A stretch of DNA of 63,354 nt, counting the filler, from Choristocarpus tenellus KU-1152 (taxonomy: Eukaryota > Protista > Phaeophyceae), in the NCBI GenBank assembly GCA_964200185.2. It is 9 parts of 9 records of this genome, joined end to end, with 100 filler letters (N's around TTAATTAATTAA, not from the genome) between each part and the next. Parts side by side here need not be neighbours in the genome. Positions count along the whole stretch, not along the records: positions 33,136 to 40,449 come from CAXNAD020006349.1; positions 40,550 to 43,163 come from CAXNAD020026264.1; positions 43,264 to 54,159 come from CAXNAD020002644.1; 6 more parts are not named here. One strand, written 5' to 3'. The position numbers and the translations under genes are program-made. Each line of letters opens with the position of its first letter. Position 1 is the first letter of the stretch. Positions 38,952 through 52,280 of this stretch are shown piece by piece. Below the pieces are notes generated by a model. It saw nothing but the letters and a program-made list of their open reading frames with translations, did no database searches and was not told the origin of the DNA.

Positions 38952-40749
38952 CTGAAGAGATACAGTATCAAAATTGAAGCTCTAGCAATATAAATACAAG
39001 GGAGAAAAGACACCAAAGTGCTGTGCTACACAAGACAGGAAGGGGACAGGGAGCATGCACCCACGTACACGCACGGCCAGGAAAACAGAAAACACTCAAA
39101 ACAAACACGACAAACTTGACAACAATGTAAAAAACACACACTTCACAGACTCCTCCCCTCCCGCCTTCTTCTCATGTTCAAAACACAAATCCCAACCTGG
39201 CTGGCACACGCAGGTATGTAGAATGGGGCTGTTGCAGCTGACTCGTGGTGTTGCATATCTCAACAGTATTATCATCTGCCGGAACCAAAGGGAGGCGCCT
39301 AACCAACATCGAGGGTTCCTCCTGAACAGAAAATTTCAGAACGACAAAGTTGGGATTGCGAAAAAAAAAAAAAAAAAAGGGAAAAAAAGGAAGGGGTGGG
39401 GGGGGGGGCAAATAGAACCCAAAAAAATTGAGAGAGGTAAGAGGTTCAATGACTCCTTTTNNNNNNNNNNCCGAAATCTACCCTTTTTAAACGACGCCTT
39501 TCCGAACTATAAAAAAAAAATTTAAAAAAGAAAAAGTTGGAAATGAAAAAAAAAAAAAAAAAAAAGGGAACAAGAGTAAGGGATTGGGGAGGAGACAAGT
39601 GATCCCCAGAGATTTGGACGGTTTGAAGGTTCAAAATGCCGCTGTTGTGCCAGCTTGTTCATGACAACAAATGTCAAATTTTGATGAGTGATCAGTGTCA
39701 TACACTACTTGTATCAGAGCCAAACCTGTCAGATCTTGCCTTTGCAAAAGCCAGTGACGCAGTGGGGTCAGTAAAAGGGCAATGCGGAAATCAAAGTTCC
39801 AAGGCGAAGATCAACATCATGGTGGTGGTCTGTGCCTGTATGATGAAGGACCTTTTAAGAGGTAAATTGATTAAGCACAAAAAAAATACGTATCACGTAT
39901 CATATCTACCCTGGTCATAGTCCATTTGAGTTCCTATGCTAAATAAAAGTAATCTCTTTCCAAAGATACTGCTGGTCTACAGCAGGAAAGGAAACAGTGC
40001 CAGATGCACGCATTCACAGCATCACACATCAAAATGGATAAAAAACATGAAACAATATTTCATAACCTAACCTCAGCAGCAAATACTGGCTTTCGCCGCA
40101 CTCATCTCAGTGCCTTCTCCCCATTGTAATTTGGATATGTAATGTAGTACCAAACTACTGGATATTGTACACACATATTTTACTATGCACTTTGTCAATC
40201 ATTCTTAGATTTTTCCATTCCTAACACACAACTATGCCTTAGAAGCATTCTCAATGTCGAACCTAACCCATGCCCTTCAATAGTGCATACTGTGAGAATC
40301 AGACCCAAGGAAACTCACAAAAAATCACCAAAAAACACAAATCGGTTTCAACAACCCTCCTTTGGGTTTAACCATTGCCCCCCCCTTCCCCTCCCAAAGC
40401 CCCAATCCAAGTAAGTAATTGCCAGCCCACCTGATGGAGGATTTTTCCTNNNNNNNNNNNNNNNNNNNNNNNNNNNNNNNNNNNNNNNNNNNNTTAATTA
40501 ATTAANNNNNNNNNNNNNNNNNNNNNNNNNNNNNNNNNNNNNNNNNNNNACACAAACATCAAAACAGAAAGAGCGCGTGGGAGTGGTTTTGTCGCCCCCA
40601 CGAAAAAAAGGGGGGGGGGGGGGGGGGGGGGGGGTAGGAAGGGAGGGTGGCATTGTTTGGGACCATTATTTATATTATTTGTTCACTTCTAGCCCAGGGC
40701 TTCTCAAGTACCTCCAACACACTAACGTCTTGACCAGTGGTCACATGGG

Positions 40750-41253
40750 AGTACACCTAACTGCACTGCCTGCCATGTGTGCCTTGATTTTTTCTAGCAC
40801 ATTAGGTCAAGCTGTCCCACCTCTCATCATTTCATCTCCTCCCTTGAATTCTGGTGCGTACTCCCTCCCTCCCTAACGAATCTTAAATAGCCAATAAATA
40901 GGTGAACGTATTCCACATTTGTGACAACTTTCACTCCTTTTGGGATTTTCCTGACATGTTGATAGTTTTTTTTATTGGTTTTTCCCCCTCTGACACATCT
41001 GCAAAATGTCAGAGGGCATACATGATAATAAATCTCACGCCATCACAATATAGATCTTTCCGCTAAACCCTTTTATGTGTTGTAGCACAAGGTAGCTAAG
41101 GTACAGGTTAGGTTGTACCTCCCCTTTGCACTTGCCACAGGGTTCACCAACGTCAACCTTCCTGTAAAGGAAACGTTTCCACTGCAACTGGGGTTCGGAC
41201 CCGGGCATTCTAGTGACGGAGGAGGGCGTTCATAACACCTGAGCTAGGCGGAC
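40750..41253 (-). mobile_element. tRNA-derived SINE copy 1 (with ~150-bp insertion)
   Basis: A-box TAGCTCAGGTG, B-box-like GGGTCCGAACCC; body is homologous to 41435-41806. Confidence 0.7.
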
Positions 41254-41434
41254 AAGATAGGACCATCCAACCAGACGTAACGGAATTTATAAATTACGAT
41301 ATACACCCATATAACATACACAATCGAAATATTGTAAAGGTTAAACCACTGACCACACCGATTTTTCATTTCTGTGCTTCACAACATGTAAACACTGACA
41401 GGGACACCCGTTCAGGTGTCCACACATGACCTCA

Positions 41435-41806
41435 TTCCACGTAGTTCAGGTGGGTGTCTACTTGCATCGTGTCATGGGAATTCGTTCCTGGGTTCGAATC
41501 CAGGTTTGGAGAGGGGAGATTTCCGTCACAGGAAATCTGACGTTGATGAACCGCATGGCAAGTGCATTGGAAAGGTACACCTGTACCTTTACTATGTTGC
41601 ACTAAACCACAAAAAGGGTTGAGGGGATAGTAAAGATCTTTATCGCGGTGGCTAAGATTCATTAGGGTTAGGGTTAGGGGGGGAGTATGCACCAGATTCG
41701 AGGGAGGAGATTAGCCCTTGAGAGGTGGGACAGCCCGATCTAACACGCAAAAATAAAAAATCAAGCAACACACGGGGGGCGGGGGGGCAGGGCGGTTTAG
41801 TTGTAC
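41435..41806 (+). mobile_element. tRNA-derived SINE copy 2 with internal (TTAGGG)3
   Basis: A-box TAGTTCAGGTGG, T-arm CCTGG-GTTCGAAT-CCAGG, GTC anticodon-like loop and an A-rich 3' region. Confidence 0.75.
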
Positions 41807-42126
41807 TACAACATGTAGTTAGTAGGGTAGAAGAAATAGTGCAGGGTGTACTGCCATCTGACCACTGGTAACAGGTTAAGCGTGGTGGAGGTGGTGGAGA
41901 AGTTGTATGGACTAAAGTGAGACGATATAGAATAATAATAGTAATGATGATGATGATGATGTGAAGAAAGCCAAGACTCTGTTTCCTTGTAGCAAGCAAT
42001 AACTTGAGATGGCACCATTCCTTTCTGTGATTGCAATTCCCCATCCGGAAGAGCACAATCTAAAAAAAAGATGCAGTGCGGGATGACCATGTGCAGGCAA
42101 TCATGACAAATTAAGATACACCATAC

Positions 42127-43016
42127 CTTACTTAGCTCCGTGCAGAACATTCTGTTCCCGACACCGGGAAGCAAAAAGTACCTTTATTTGTCCCAAACCA
42201 GCACACATCACGCCATATCATGGCACACAGGAACACCAGCAGCAAGGGTGGGGGTGGGTGGGGATTGGCAGTCATTAAAAACGGGAGAGATGTTTGTAGT
42301 GCTTGTCGCTTTCCTTTTTCAACTCAAAAAACAGGATATGTATGTGTATGTAAACATACACATAATAAAAACATCTTGGGTGAGTTGCTGAAAGAGAGAT
42401 ATCTTCACCTCTGATCGCTCCACAGGAGAGACCTCAATTCTCTGTACATATCAGACACCACTTGTGACAAAATCAGGTACATTTGATATAATAGTGCACA
42501 CACGAGGACAAGAAAATACCACAAAAACATCAAGTCATCTGTACCTGTTTTTGTCACATCACTCCATTTTCTCACTCTTTCCCCAGCAGAACACATCAGA
42601 AATATTTAAAGAGATCTTCCCTAAAGATTATAGCCTGATCATACTGCTATCCTTCCACTCCACACAGTGCCCCAGATCCTTTACACACCACCCTGGAACT
42701 CAAAATCATATAACACCGTGCTTCCCACCCTTTCAAGAATCGTCATAGAATCAAAGAAGAAATTACCACTACGTAGAGTCACAAGATCCCCTCAAAATAT
42801 TTGGTTCAAAAACATGCGCAACTCTTCTGACGTACACATTTGAAGAGCAGAAATCCTTTTACCCATCCAGCCTAAAACACACAATGTCATCATCAATCCA
42901 ATAATTGCAACACTTCCTAGGCCAAGTAACAATAAAGATCAACAAAAAAATTAGGCTTACCTGTTGCTGAACATGGACAGCGATCCAGCAAAGACCATGC
43001 GACCATTGTTCCTTGC
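42127..43016 (-). CDS. DDOST: Oligosaccharyltransferase 48-kDa subunit, two internal exons (42961-43016, 42127-42181)
   Basis: ARNNGRMVFAGSLSMFSN|RYFLLPGVGNRMFCTELSK matches OST48/WBP1 QARNNARV.FSGSL..FS...GN..F..ELSKW; phases agree. Confidence 0.85.
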
Positions 43017-43820
43017 CTGACACAATATACAAAAAAAAACACCAGGTGCACACTAGTCAGTCATAAAATAAAAATATTTTACACATCAACGCAATACCAA
43101 AATAAAAATCAGCATTCCACTATTACTAATGGGGCTCCAGGCTTTTTGTCGATGGGGGGGGGGNNNNNNNNNNNNNNNNNNNNNNNNNNNNNNNNNNNNN
43201 NNNNNNNTTAATTAATTAANNNNNNNNNNNNNNNNNNNNNNNNNNNNNNNNNNNNNNNNNNNNGGGGGAAGATGTCCACTTGCTTACCCTAATGCCCTTC
43301 ACCTTCTTTCAAAGTAATTTGGCCAGGTTCAAACCCGACCCAGGTCAGATTTTATTTTCAGGAAAAAAAGAATGATTACGACGACGGATCACACAACACG
43401 CACAACGGAACAGTCTATACTCCTGTACGCTTCTGTCCTAACCCTAACCGCAAGAAAAAAAGGAAGAGACACAAAACCCGTTCAGTGACAGGAAGGCGTT
43501 ATTCCTGCCAGGCAAATGCTGCGCAAGATTTAAAAATGGAGCGACGAGCGATGAGAGATGTCTGAACACAATGTGCCAAAAAAATACAAGGCAAAAATAG
43601 AGCCAGTACAACTATTCACAGTGCAACAGTTTGTAGCTAGTAATACAAGCAGTGCAGTGTGTAGTGCAAAGTCAAGCTATAGGTTCCTAACGCTAACCCT
43701 AACCCTAATAACTTTACATATTGATGCAAAATAATAAAAAACATAACTCGAACCCCTCGAAATGGCCTGGATGGACTCTGGCACCAACCACCTCAGACAT
43801 GTACTTGAAACGTGACTAAC

Positions 43821-46800
43821 CTCCCTCTTCATAGTCTGGAGCAGCCCCAGCACAGCAGCCCAGCCCCCCGTACTGGCTGCAGCACCCATACCAGCAGTGA
43901 ATGCAGCAACATCTGGAACAACACCCTGTTCCAGCATGTCATCCAAGACGTCCAGGGCAAGGATGTGCTTTCCCCCCATGACACATGCACGGACAGTGGC
44001 ACCGTACACAACGGCATTGGGTTTCACCCCCTTGGAAAGCATTTCTGACAGCAAAGACAACGCCTTTTCCCAATGTCCTGCCATGCAGAGTATTAGCAGT
44101 ATGAACTATTTTTAAAGAAAAGATAAACTTTTTTTTTGTTTCATTGTCAATTTGTCAGCGGCATATTTTCTCATTTTTTATCGGAAATTGATTCACAGCG
44201 TAAAAAAAGTCTGCAAATAGTACATACCGGTACAATGCTCAATGGGGCATATTATCGAACAAAAAACCTTGAAGGAAAAAAAAGCATTCGAGCATTACAG
44301 CACTCGGTTGCAAACGCATAAACCGGCCAAGACAAAAAAAACAATAAAATTTCAAGTACTACACAATGAATAATAATAATAATAAAAAAATAATATTCTC
44401 AAGCACTACATCATCTAATACTTGATTAGATAGATTCCTGCTTTAATGTTGTGACCTGTTGATAGATAAAAGAAATGAGGACTATCGATCAGAACACACA
44501 CAAAGTGTTGAAAGAATTTTCAACAACCGCAACACACGAACACAACAAAAGTGCACACCTGTCCTTGCACAGGCACTGACAGCAGTACCATAGCTGACTA
44601 TATTGGGCACAATGTTTTCATCTCGCATGGAATCCATCACATCAAGGGCCACCTAGCCCAAGCACCCGTGGGAAGAGAGTCCAAGAGTAGGGATATGGTG
44701 AGACAAGGAGTGGGGTAAGGGATCACAACAAAATGGGAATGAAAACCAAAAATGTCCTTGAAATTTCCATTTCAATAGTTGGTCACATACGCCTTTGAAT
44801 ATGGATTAATGCCTTCCATGGTTGAGGCAATGCGAGATATATCTCGTTTTGCCAGTGACATCCATCTGCCATGCCGTCGCATAGAATTCTGTGACAGATG
44901 TTCCCCAGCAATAGAGAGAGAGTATTCGAGACTCTGAAGAGTGGCAAACTGGTATCAAGGGAAACACTTCAGGGACAAAGTGGAAGCTCAGAAAGCCACA
45001 ACCAATGCCACCCCTGCCTTCCCCCTCTCATTTGACAACATGCCATACATCGCATCAACCTACACCCCTGTGCTGACCTGCCTCCTTCCCCAATCCGTTT
45101 CTACACACTTAAAACTTGTAACTGCCTCTTCCCAGACCCCCCTATCCCCATTCAACCCAAAACTTGAATATCTTTGTCTCATGGGAAGGGAGGGAATGAG
45201 TACCTTCCACTGCCCAGCTTTGTCACAAGCGCTCATGGCACTTGTGTAAGTAAATACATCCGGTGCGAGCCCTGCTTCTCTCAATGCATCTATCATTGAC
45301 AATGCCTGCTTCCACCTGAGTGCAGGTCAGTACCCCAAGAGCCAGTATTATTAGGGTAGAAGAGGGTAAGGACTTGGGCAAAAGCGATTCGCAGAATAGC
45401 TGGAAAAAACCCTGAAGCTCAAAAATCATCAGTCTGAGATTGGCAGGGTCACTCTATTATCACAGGGTTCACTGTGGGCAAATGCTGTACAAGCTTGTCA
45501 CCAGATGAAGATGAACTGCTACTTCAGCATACTCCCATGTTCTCCACAATGCCCCCTACATCGCCTCAAGCCTAGAGATGGTGGATTGGTGAAAAAAGAA
45601 CACCGCCATCGAGGGAACCATAGGTATGGTCTAAATGACCCCACACTACAGTCACTATAATTGAAGCCACTATAGTATCCTGCAAACCATATCCTCACCC
45701 CGACCTAGACTATCGACCACGCTCGTAGCCCCCAAGCTCACCGGCCATCCTTTGCCAAGGCGCTGATTGCTCCGTTGTAGCTGAAGAGATCGGGCCTAAG
45801 ATTGGAATCCTCACTACCCATCTCATCTAGGATTGCAAGGGCTTTCTTCCACTGCCCCGCCCTACCGCACGCGGTGATGACACTATTGAATGAGTATAGG
45901 TCGGGCACAGTACCGGCCTGGTACATCTTGCGAAGAAGCTGCTCTGCTTCCCTCCACCTTCGATCAAGCGATGAGCGGATATAAAGAGAAAAAACGAAGG
46001 GGAAGGGATGGCGTGGATACCTGTGTTGTTTCACGAAATCAAGATTGTGTTGTATGATGTTAGGGTGGAATGGATTTGATGGCGGAGTCCGCCAGCAGTG
46101 AAGACGCAGGATTGGACAACATCGATATCATACCTGAATCGCATAGGATGGTCCGAAGTCTGCAACTGTCTTTGAGCAGACAAGGTTGCAGTGGAGTGAT
46201 TTGTGCCCTGCGGGCTTGGGCATTACCATAATTCAAATGATCTCACCTTCCAGATTTACTCAGGCCCGAAAGAGCCACGTTGTATGTGAAGACACCAACC
46301 ATTCCACCGCTTTCAGTCAATCCATCTAAAAGAGACAACACCTAGATATTGAGAGCAAGTGAGGAGAACAGAATTCTTATGGGGAAACAACGTGACTGAT
46401 TTGACCAAGTGGAAGCCGATTGATTGTTGTCGATATCATCTCCCAGCCTGTTCTGTGAGCTGCAAAGCTTTGAAGGAGAGACAGAGTGCAGTTTTTCATT
46501 CTGGTTCAGTGCTTAACATGGGCAACTCGGGGTCTAAAAAGTCACCTGTCGCCACTGTTTCCGCTTTCCAGCGGACATCATGCTATTTCGGACTCGTTCC
46601 TCATCGAGCCTAGGAGATCGGACGATACCGATCTCCATCCGCGCCCGCACACGTGCCCTTCTTTTCTCACCAGCCTCCACTCTAGAGTCCAGTGACGGCG
46701 ACATCTCCATTGCGGACAAAGCATTCCTGCCACAAGGACATCGGTCCACCTCAACCCTACTCAGCTCCCTCTTCCATCTGACCGCCCGTTGCTTGAGTCG

Positions 46801-46926
46801 AGGGGAGGGGGGAAACTGCCGCGTCAAGACTGGAGGAGACGCATGAGAAAATGCTGCAACCCATTCCTTTGGCAATCCTCGAGTCCCTGAGGCCTTATTG
46901 AACTCACACATCCCCTTCATCACCAT
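43821..46926 (-). CDS. Pentatricopeptide-repeat (P-class PPR) protein, 3' end cut by contig end; at least 6 exons
   Basis: Repeated 35-aa motifs (PDLYSFNSVITACGRAGQWKKAL, PDVFTYTSAMSACDKAGQW, PNAVVYGATVRAC). Confidence 0.92.
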
Positions 46927-47084
46927 TATGAGGGGGTTTTGTGGTTATCATTGGAAGGAGGTTTAAGTTGGGAACGGTGTTTGCGCGCGGCGAGGAGATA
47001 GAATGGATATCATAAAAAACACCCCGTCGCCACTGCCATGATCCTCAAAACGGTTGATATTAGTCGGAAGTACCACAAGCGTGC

Positions 47085-49970
47085 ATGTCAACCCCCGATG
47101 CTTTTGAACCTTTGGGGATGGTTGGAGCTTCAATTAGGGATGAAGAGGAAGACGATGGAGATCCCACTGCGAATGCCGAACCTGCGAACATGGATGCGGT
47201 CGAAAAGGTCCTCTTGATTTTTCTATTGAACCACTCGTGAACGGACTCTTTTTCCGAAATGGATATATGGACGAAGCAGACTCCACCAAAGGATTCCATG
47301 GTCGTCCTGCAGTTCTATCATATTTATTTATAGCAGCAGCAAACTAGGTCGTCTTGCAGGGGCAAGCTCGACCGATTTGCAGTGGTAACCTAAGCAGACT
47401 TGAGTGCTATTCTGTTACTGGTTCTTGCATCTGAAGACGACGGTACGGTGCGTTGAGACCAAGAGCTTCATTTTCCTGAAAAGGGTAACGCAGAGAGGGC
47501 ATCAATATGTGGAGATGCTTGCTTTCTTCAATTGTCGTAAGTCATTTTTTCAAATCAGCACTAATGCTGTACGTGCTCGTCCCCTCTCCCCAATCCGTTG
47601 ACACCTGTATCGATTGGCAATGTTGATGCCATTGGTCTGGCCTGAAAAGATGCTCAAAGACCCTCATAGCCCTGCGTGCAAGCTACTCCGTGACTTGGGA
47701 CTGACTCCGAACGACGCGAAGGAGCTTAACCTTTTGGAGGTACTGCGAGGACTGCCCAGGAAAGAGCGCTCAAAATACGTCAAACGCAACTCCCTCTCCG
47801 TTGAGGAACGTGCAGAACTAAAAAAGAAAAGGTATAATGTGTCTTCTCCCACAACACACGCCCCAGGACTATGTGTGTCACTCCTCACAACCTTACACCT
47901 TGTACTACCACGATAAAAACACTACTGCTGTCCTGCACTCCATGTCCACACCCTACATTTGCTTTCTCCCCCTGAAACCCCTGCCGACCTTTGCACATAA
48001 TCCTTTTCCAGGAATCGCGAGCATGCACGTGATACGCGCAAGAGGAAGAAGGTGATCATGGAGGCGTTGCAGGCACAGGTGTCTGGTTTGAGGGAGAGGC
48101 TGGATGTTCCATGGGTAAGAAAGAGTACATCTATGATTAAAGGAGGGGAGACTAAGGCTCCACTGTGTTGTTCGTCTCACATCCCTCCTCTCCATTGATC
48201 AGTCACTGAGATGTAGATGTGCTCCAGTCTTCTCTCCAAGCAGGCAATGTTGTTGGAGATGTTGAAACTTCTCGTGTGGGCCACAATAGTAGCTCTCTCC
48301 TGTTTGCCGTACATTGAATCAGGTGGCATGATAGAGCAGTTCACTACAGCTGCCATTCACCTGACCCGAAGCCTACCTGGGGAAGATCAGCCCTTCATCC
48401 CCAGCAAACAAGACCAGTGAGCCCTCAATATGACTCCACCTATTCCTCTATCACCCTGATCCAGTAGTGGCCATCTTGTGCTCACCCCCTTGCAACAGTA
48501 CTTCCACTATGTATCTTTGAGCTCGCAAGACTCTGCTTATTTGGTTCTGGTTCACATATCAACTCAACCCCCACCTCACCCCTACACAGGGTGCTGGAGG
48601 GACAATGTCTGTCCATCAGGGCCGCTGCACAGTGGTGGAACAATTTTTTCAGCTCTTGACTGCGTTGGCTTCCAGTCAGGATGCAGTGGCTGCAGCAACA
48701 ATGGGGCTCCGAGCACTTACATCTTCAGACTTTCAGTTCACCTGGCCTGCACTACCGCAGCATGAAACATTCATCAAGGTTGAAGGATCACAGAGGGGAG
48801 AGGCAGGAGGGGGGGAGGGGGAGTATGCAAACCTTGCCTCCCAGGCATGTGTTGCAAAGGGTGTGGATGATGTATTGGTAGAGGTGACTGGATTTCCTGC
48901 TCGCCTAGCAGGTCTTCTTGAGAAGGCTAAAAACATTGCTCAGGAGGACAACAGGGACATAATGGTGAGACACCAACCTGCCCAGATGTGTACCTACCTA
49001 CATGTATTTCTCAAGGTGCCACACTCCCCCAAGAAGTACAGCCCCTGTTCAATTTGTTTGTACAGTAGTTGATGACCTGCTCGCCGTGCAGGATGTCTAC
49101 AAAGGAACAAATGCACAGCTTGATGTGGATTTGATTGAACATCTCAAATTTGAAGTGCAGTAGTTGCAAAGCTTGTTACCAGATCCAGTCCTAGATCAGA
49201 GCATCACACTGTATGGTTGGCATTCACTCAGACGCAGCAAAACAGCAAGCACCCTATGTGGATGTTCTCATACCACAGCTAACAGTCTTTCCATCTTCCT
49301 CCTGCTTCTCAGTACCCCACACACGCCAACTCCCATGCATACTTGTAATTATTAACTGCAGGTATCTTTCGGGGCTATTGTTAGGGGATCCTTAGACTTT
49401 TCCTCTATCTCTGGAGTTGGTGTGGAGGAAGGCGATGTACATAGGTGTGCTGATAGTTGTGCTGATAGTTGTGCTGGTGGTGACCAGATCGTTGGGAAGA
49501 GAAGAACTTTTGTGGGGACAGAGTCAGAGTCCGGACACTGGGCAAATACCAGGACTTGGGAGAGAGTAGGTGCAGATGATTGTGAAAGGAGCAAGGAAGA
49601 CTCAGGGTCCTTGGTGGACCCACCCTTGCAACCAATTCTAAGCTCGGGAAATACCTTGTTCTGTGGGTGCGAAATCAAGTGCGCCTTGGGTCGGGCAAGG
49701 GGGGAGCCACTGAGGCTGACTCGGGTAGGGGGGATGGCTAAGTGTGTGTTCACACAGGCAAGGGAGGGAACTAGAGTTGATGCAGAAGAGGAAGGTGGGG
49801 AGGGTGCGAGGGAATGGGGTGTGTCAAAGAGTCCCGGAGGGGGGGAGGGGGGGCCTCAGCTGAAGGAAGTAGATGTAAGGTTCGACATGCTTGAACTGTG
49901 TCGACAGTTGGAGTGTGCTATAGGTGGAAAAATTCTAGACCCTGCACGTACTTGCAGAGGTGATGGATAG
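47085..49970 (+). CDS. bZIP transcription factor with stramenopile-type C-terminal domain
   Basis: Spliced ERAELKKKR|NREHARDTRKRKKVIMEALQAQVSGL (N-x7-R plus zipper); C-terminal GMAKCVF..VDVRFDML..CRQL. The exons between 47207 and ~47650 are uncertain. Confidence 0.82.
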
Positions 49971-51140
49971 ATCTCATGCTGCGTCTGCTCCTCAGCCAGA
50001 TATTTTTGTCCTTATGTATGTATGCAGTACTGGAATTGGCTTTCGATTTCGTTCTGAACTAATTGTAGAATAGATGTGATGGATACCCAAAAACCTGTCA
50101 AGTGTGTACTGGGTTACATTTTGTTTCAGGATCTAGTTCCATAAGGGTAATGTACGTCCAAATTGGTATTTCTATGTTTCCTCGCCCAAGACAACTCAGG
50201 TAGGGCCTTTCATTGGCCACGATATGACAAGCACAGTGTCATTGCAATGCCAAACATACGGCCATCCTTGCATGTTGCCTGTCAACCAAAGGACTTCTTG
50301 GGGTACAAAATGACTGTCTGCATAAGTTACATGAATGCAGTATGTGGAGGGATTGTCCTCTTTTTTTTACTTGGTATCCTCTCTCACAATGTTACAAGAT
50401 TTTTCATCCACAGCACAATTAGAACATTTACAAAACCTGACACAGTACTGTGGGTGATGCAACCTTGCTGATGACAGGATACCTATTAATATAGGAAGGG
50501 GGGGGGGGGGGGGGGGCACGGTGGTGGGGAGAGGATGAATTTGGGGGGGGGGGGGGGGGGGGGGGGGAGGCACAGGCAACTGACTTCCGTGGCTTGCACT
50601 GCTTTTTGCTCCTGAAAGAGCTTCCATCTTTGTGTGGATGTTATTTTGGGGGTTATTTTCTTGATAGGTTACTCTGTGCGCTACCTAAGGCAACTCTGTC
50701 CACCTCGGGACAGGCCAGGAATAGGAACTGGGATCAAAAGTCTGGATTGTATGGTCATCTCCACAGGCAATACACATTAATGACCATGATCATCTACCAC
50801 TGCATGCAGGGGGAAGTAGCAGAGCACACCTACTTCAAAATTTGGAATAACACCATAGTAGAGGCTCCCTGTGCCCACTCTTACCTTTCATGTATTTGCT
50901 TGCCCTGCCATCTGGTCCATTTAGTTGGATTGCTTAGTGCACACCAAGGAATTAATGAACCTAACTAGGGTTAGGGTTAGACGGGGGGGTTTCCCTGTCT
51001 TGGTGACACGCTGCTGTTTGAAGGGTCGCCCCAATCTGTTAAGAAAGCTAAATGGCAGATGGCCGGCAATTCTTCATACCCTTACTCTTTTACTGTAGTA
51101 GTAATGCTAGTACAATATTGTGAGCCTCTGTATTTCTCAT

Positions 51141-51387
51141 AGCAATATCTTGGAGGGTAAGAATTTTGCCCTGTTTATCCATTTGGGACTTGGCTTCCCA
51201 TGGGGTTTTTTATGACATTTTACCTACTCCAAAATATGTTTCAGAGTAGGTAAAATGTGTATGTTATGCAAAGCTGTGTCCGGAACTAGGATATTCACAT
51301 TTCCTAACAAACATTATAGCCAAAATTACATCAAAATTGCAACATTGGATTTTGGACGCAACTCTACCCTCTAAGACACTTTGATTC
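51141..51387. mobile_element. MITE family A, reverse orientation, degenerate end
   Basis: Full-length homology; ends TACCCTCTAAGACACTTTGATTC. Confidence 0.85.
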
Positions 51388-52280
51388 ATATACTAGTTGT
51401 AGTAGAATGTGCTTAGGCTGTTTTAAGAATTCACGCAATGGTTTGTGATTCCTAGTGTCAGCATACTGCATGCATACGAGGTTGGAGGGGCCTGCCTTGT
51501 ATTTGTGTTGAGATGTATGTCTGCGATGGAGAACTTAATCTGACCAAGTGAATGCTGCTGCACCAACAGATAGGAAATACTCTGAAACTCACTGCATATT
51601 TTTTCTTCAGGAATACGGTGAGCGCGAACTAGGTTTGAGTTGCAATGCACCCTTCCTTGACATTGCACCATTCGACATATGATTTGAACCTCACTTGACA
51701 TTTCCCTTTGCATCTCGTTCTCTAGCTGTACTGTGCCTACCAAGTAATGATACCCATCTCCTCCCCTTCAGCCTTGATTGAGCCTCCCGCTCCAAACCTG
51801 GTTGCTCCCAGAGGGTTTGAGAACTTGCGCACTTGAAGTACTGAAAGTCATGTATCCCAGTACCTCATGCACAACCTTTGGCATTCTCTCGTCGCCACTG
51901 ACCCCCACCAACCTCAACTCCACAATTTCTGTCACTATGCCCACCCTTCTGGATTTGCTGGGTGATGACAGTCAGACTTACCACGTGGAGAGTTTGTAAG
52001 GGGAAAGTGTACAATGATGAGCCTACCATTCTAACACACATTGTCCTGTTGCTTTGAGAATTATTTGACTGAGTCTTTTATTACTAGTGACACCTCCAAG
52101 GGATTGGCTTTTCCCTCCTCAATCAAGTAAATCCTTCTCTCCAACCAACCACCACCACCTCCATCCATGATGTGACCACTCCATACACATGCGTGCCCAT
52201 TGTCTCCCACTCCCTCACTGAGTAATTTATCCTCAGGGGCAATGTATGCCGGTTAAAAGCAGGTGTTGAAGTACCTCTCT

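Noticed and set aside
41435-41510. Functional tRNA gene
   Set aside because: Acceptor and anticodon stems pair poorly, and homology to the second copy extends about 300 nt past the tRNA-like part, which fits a SINE.
47060-47299. Minus-strand ORF as the PPR N-terminal exon
   Set aside because: Better explained as antisense to the acidic first exon of the bZIP gene.
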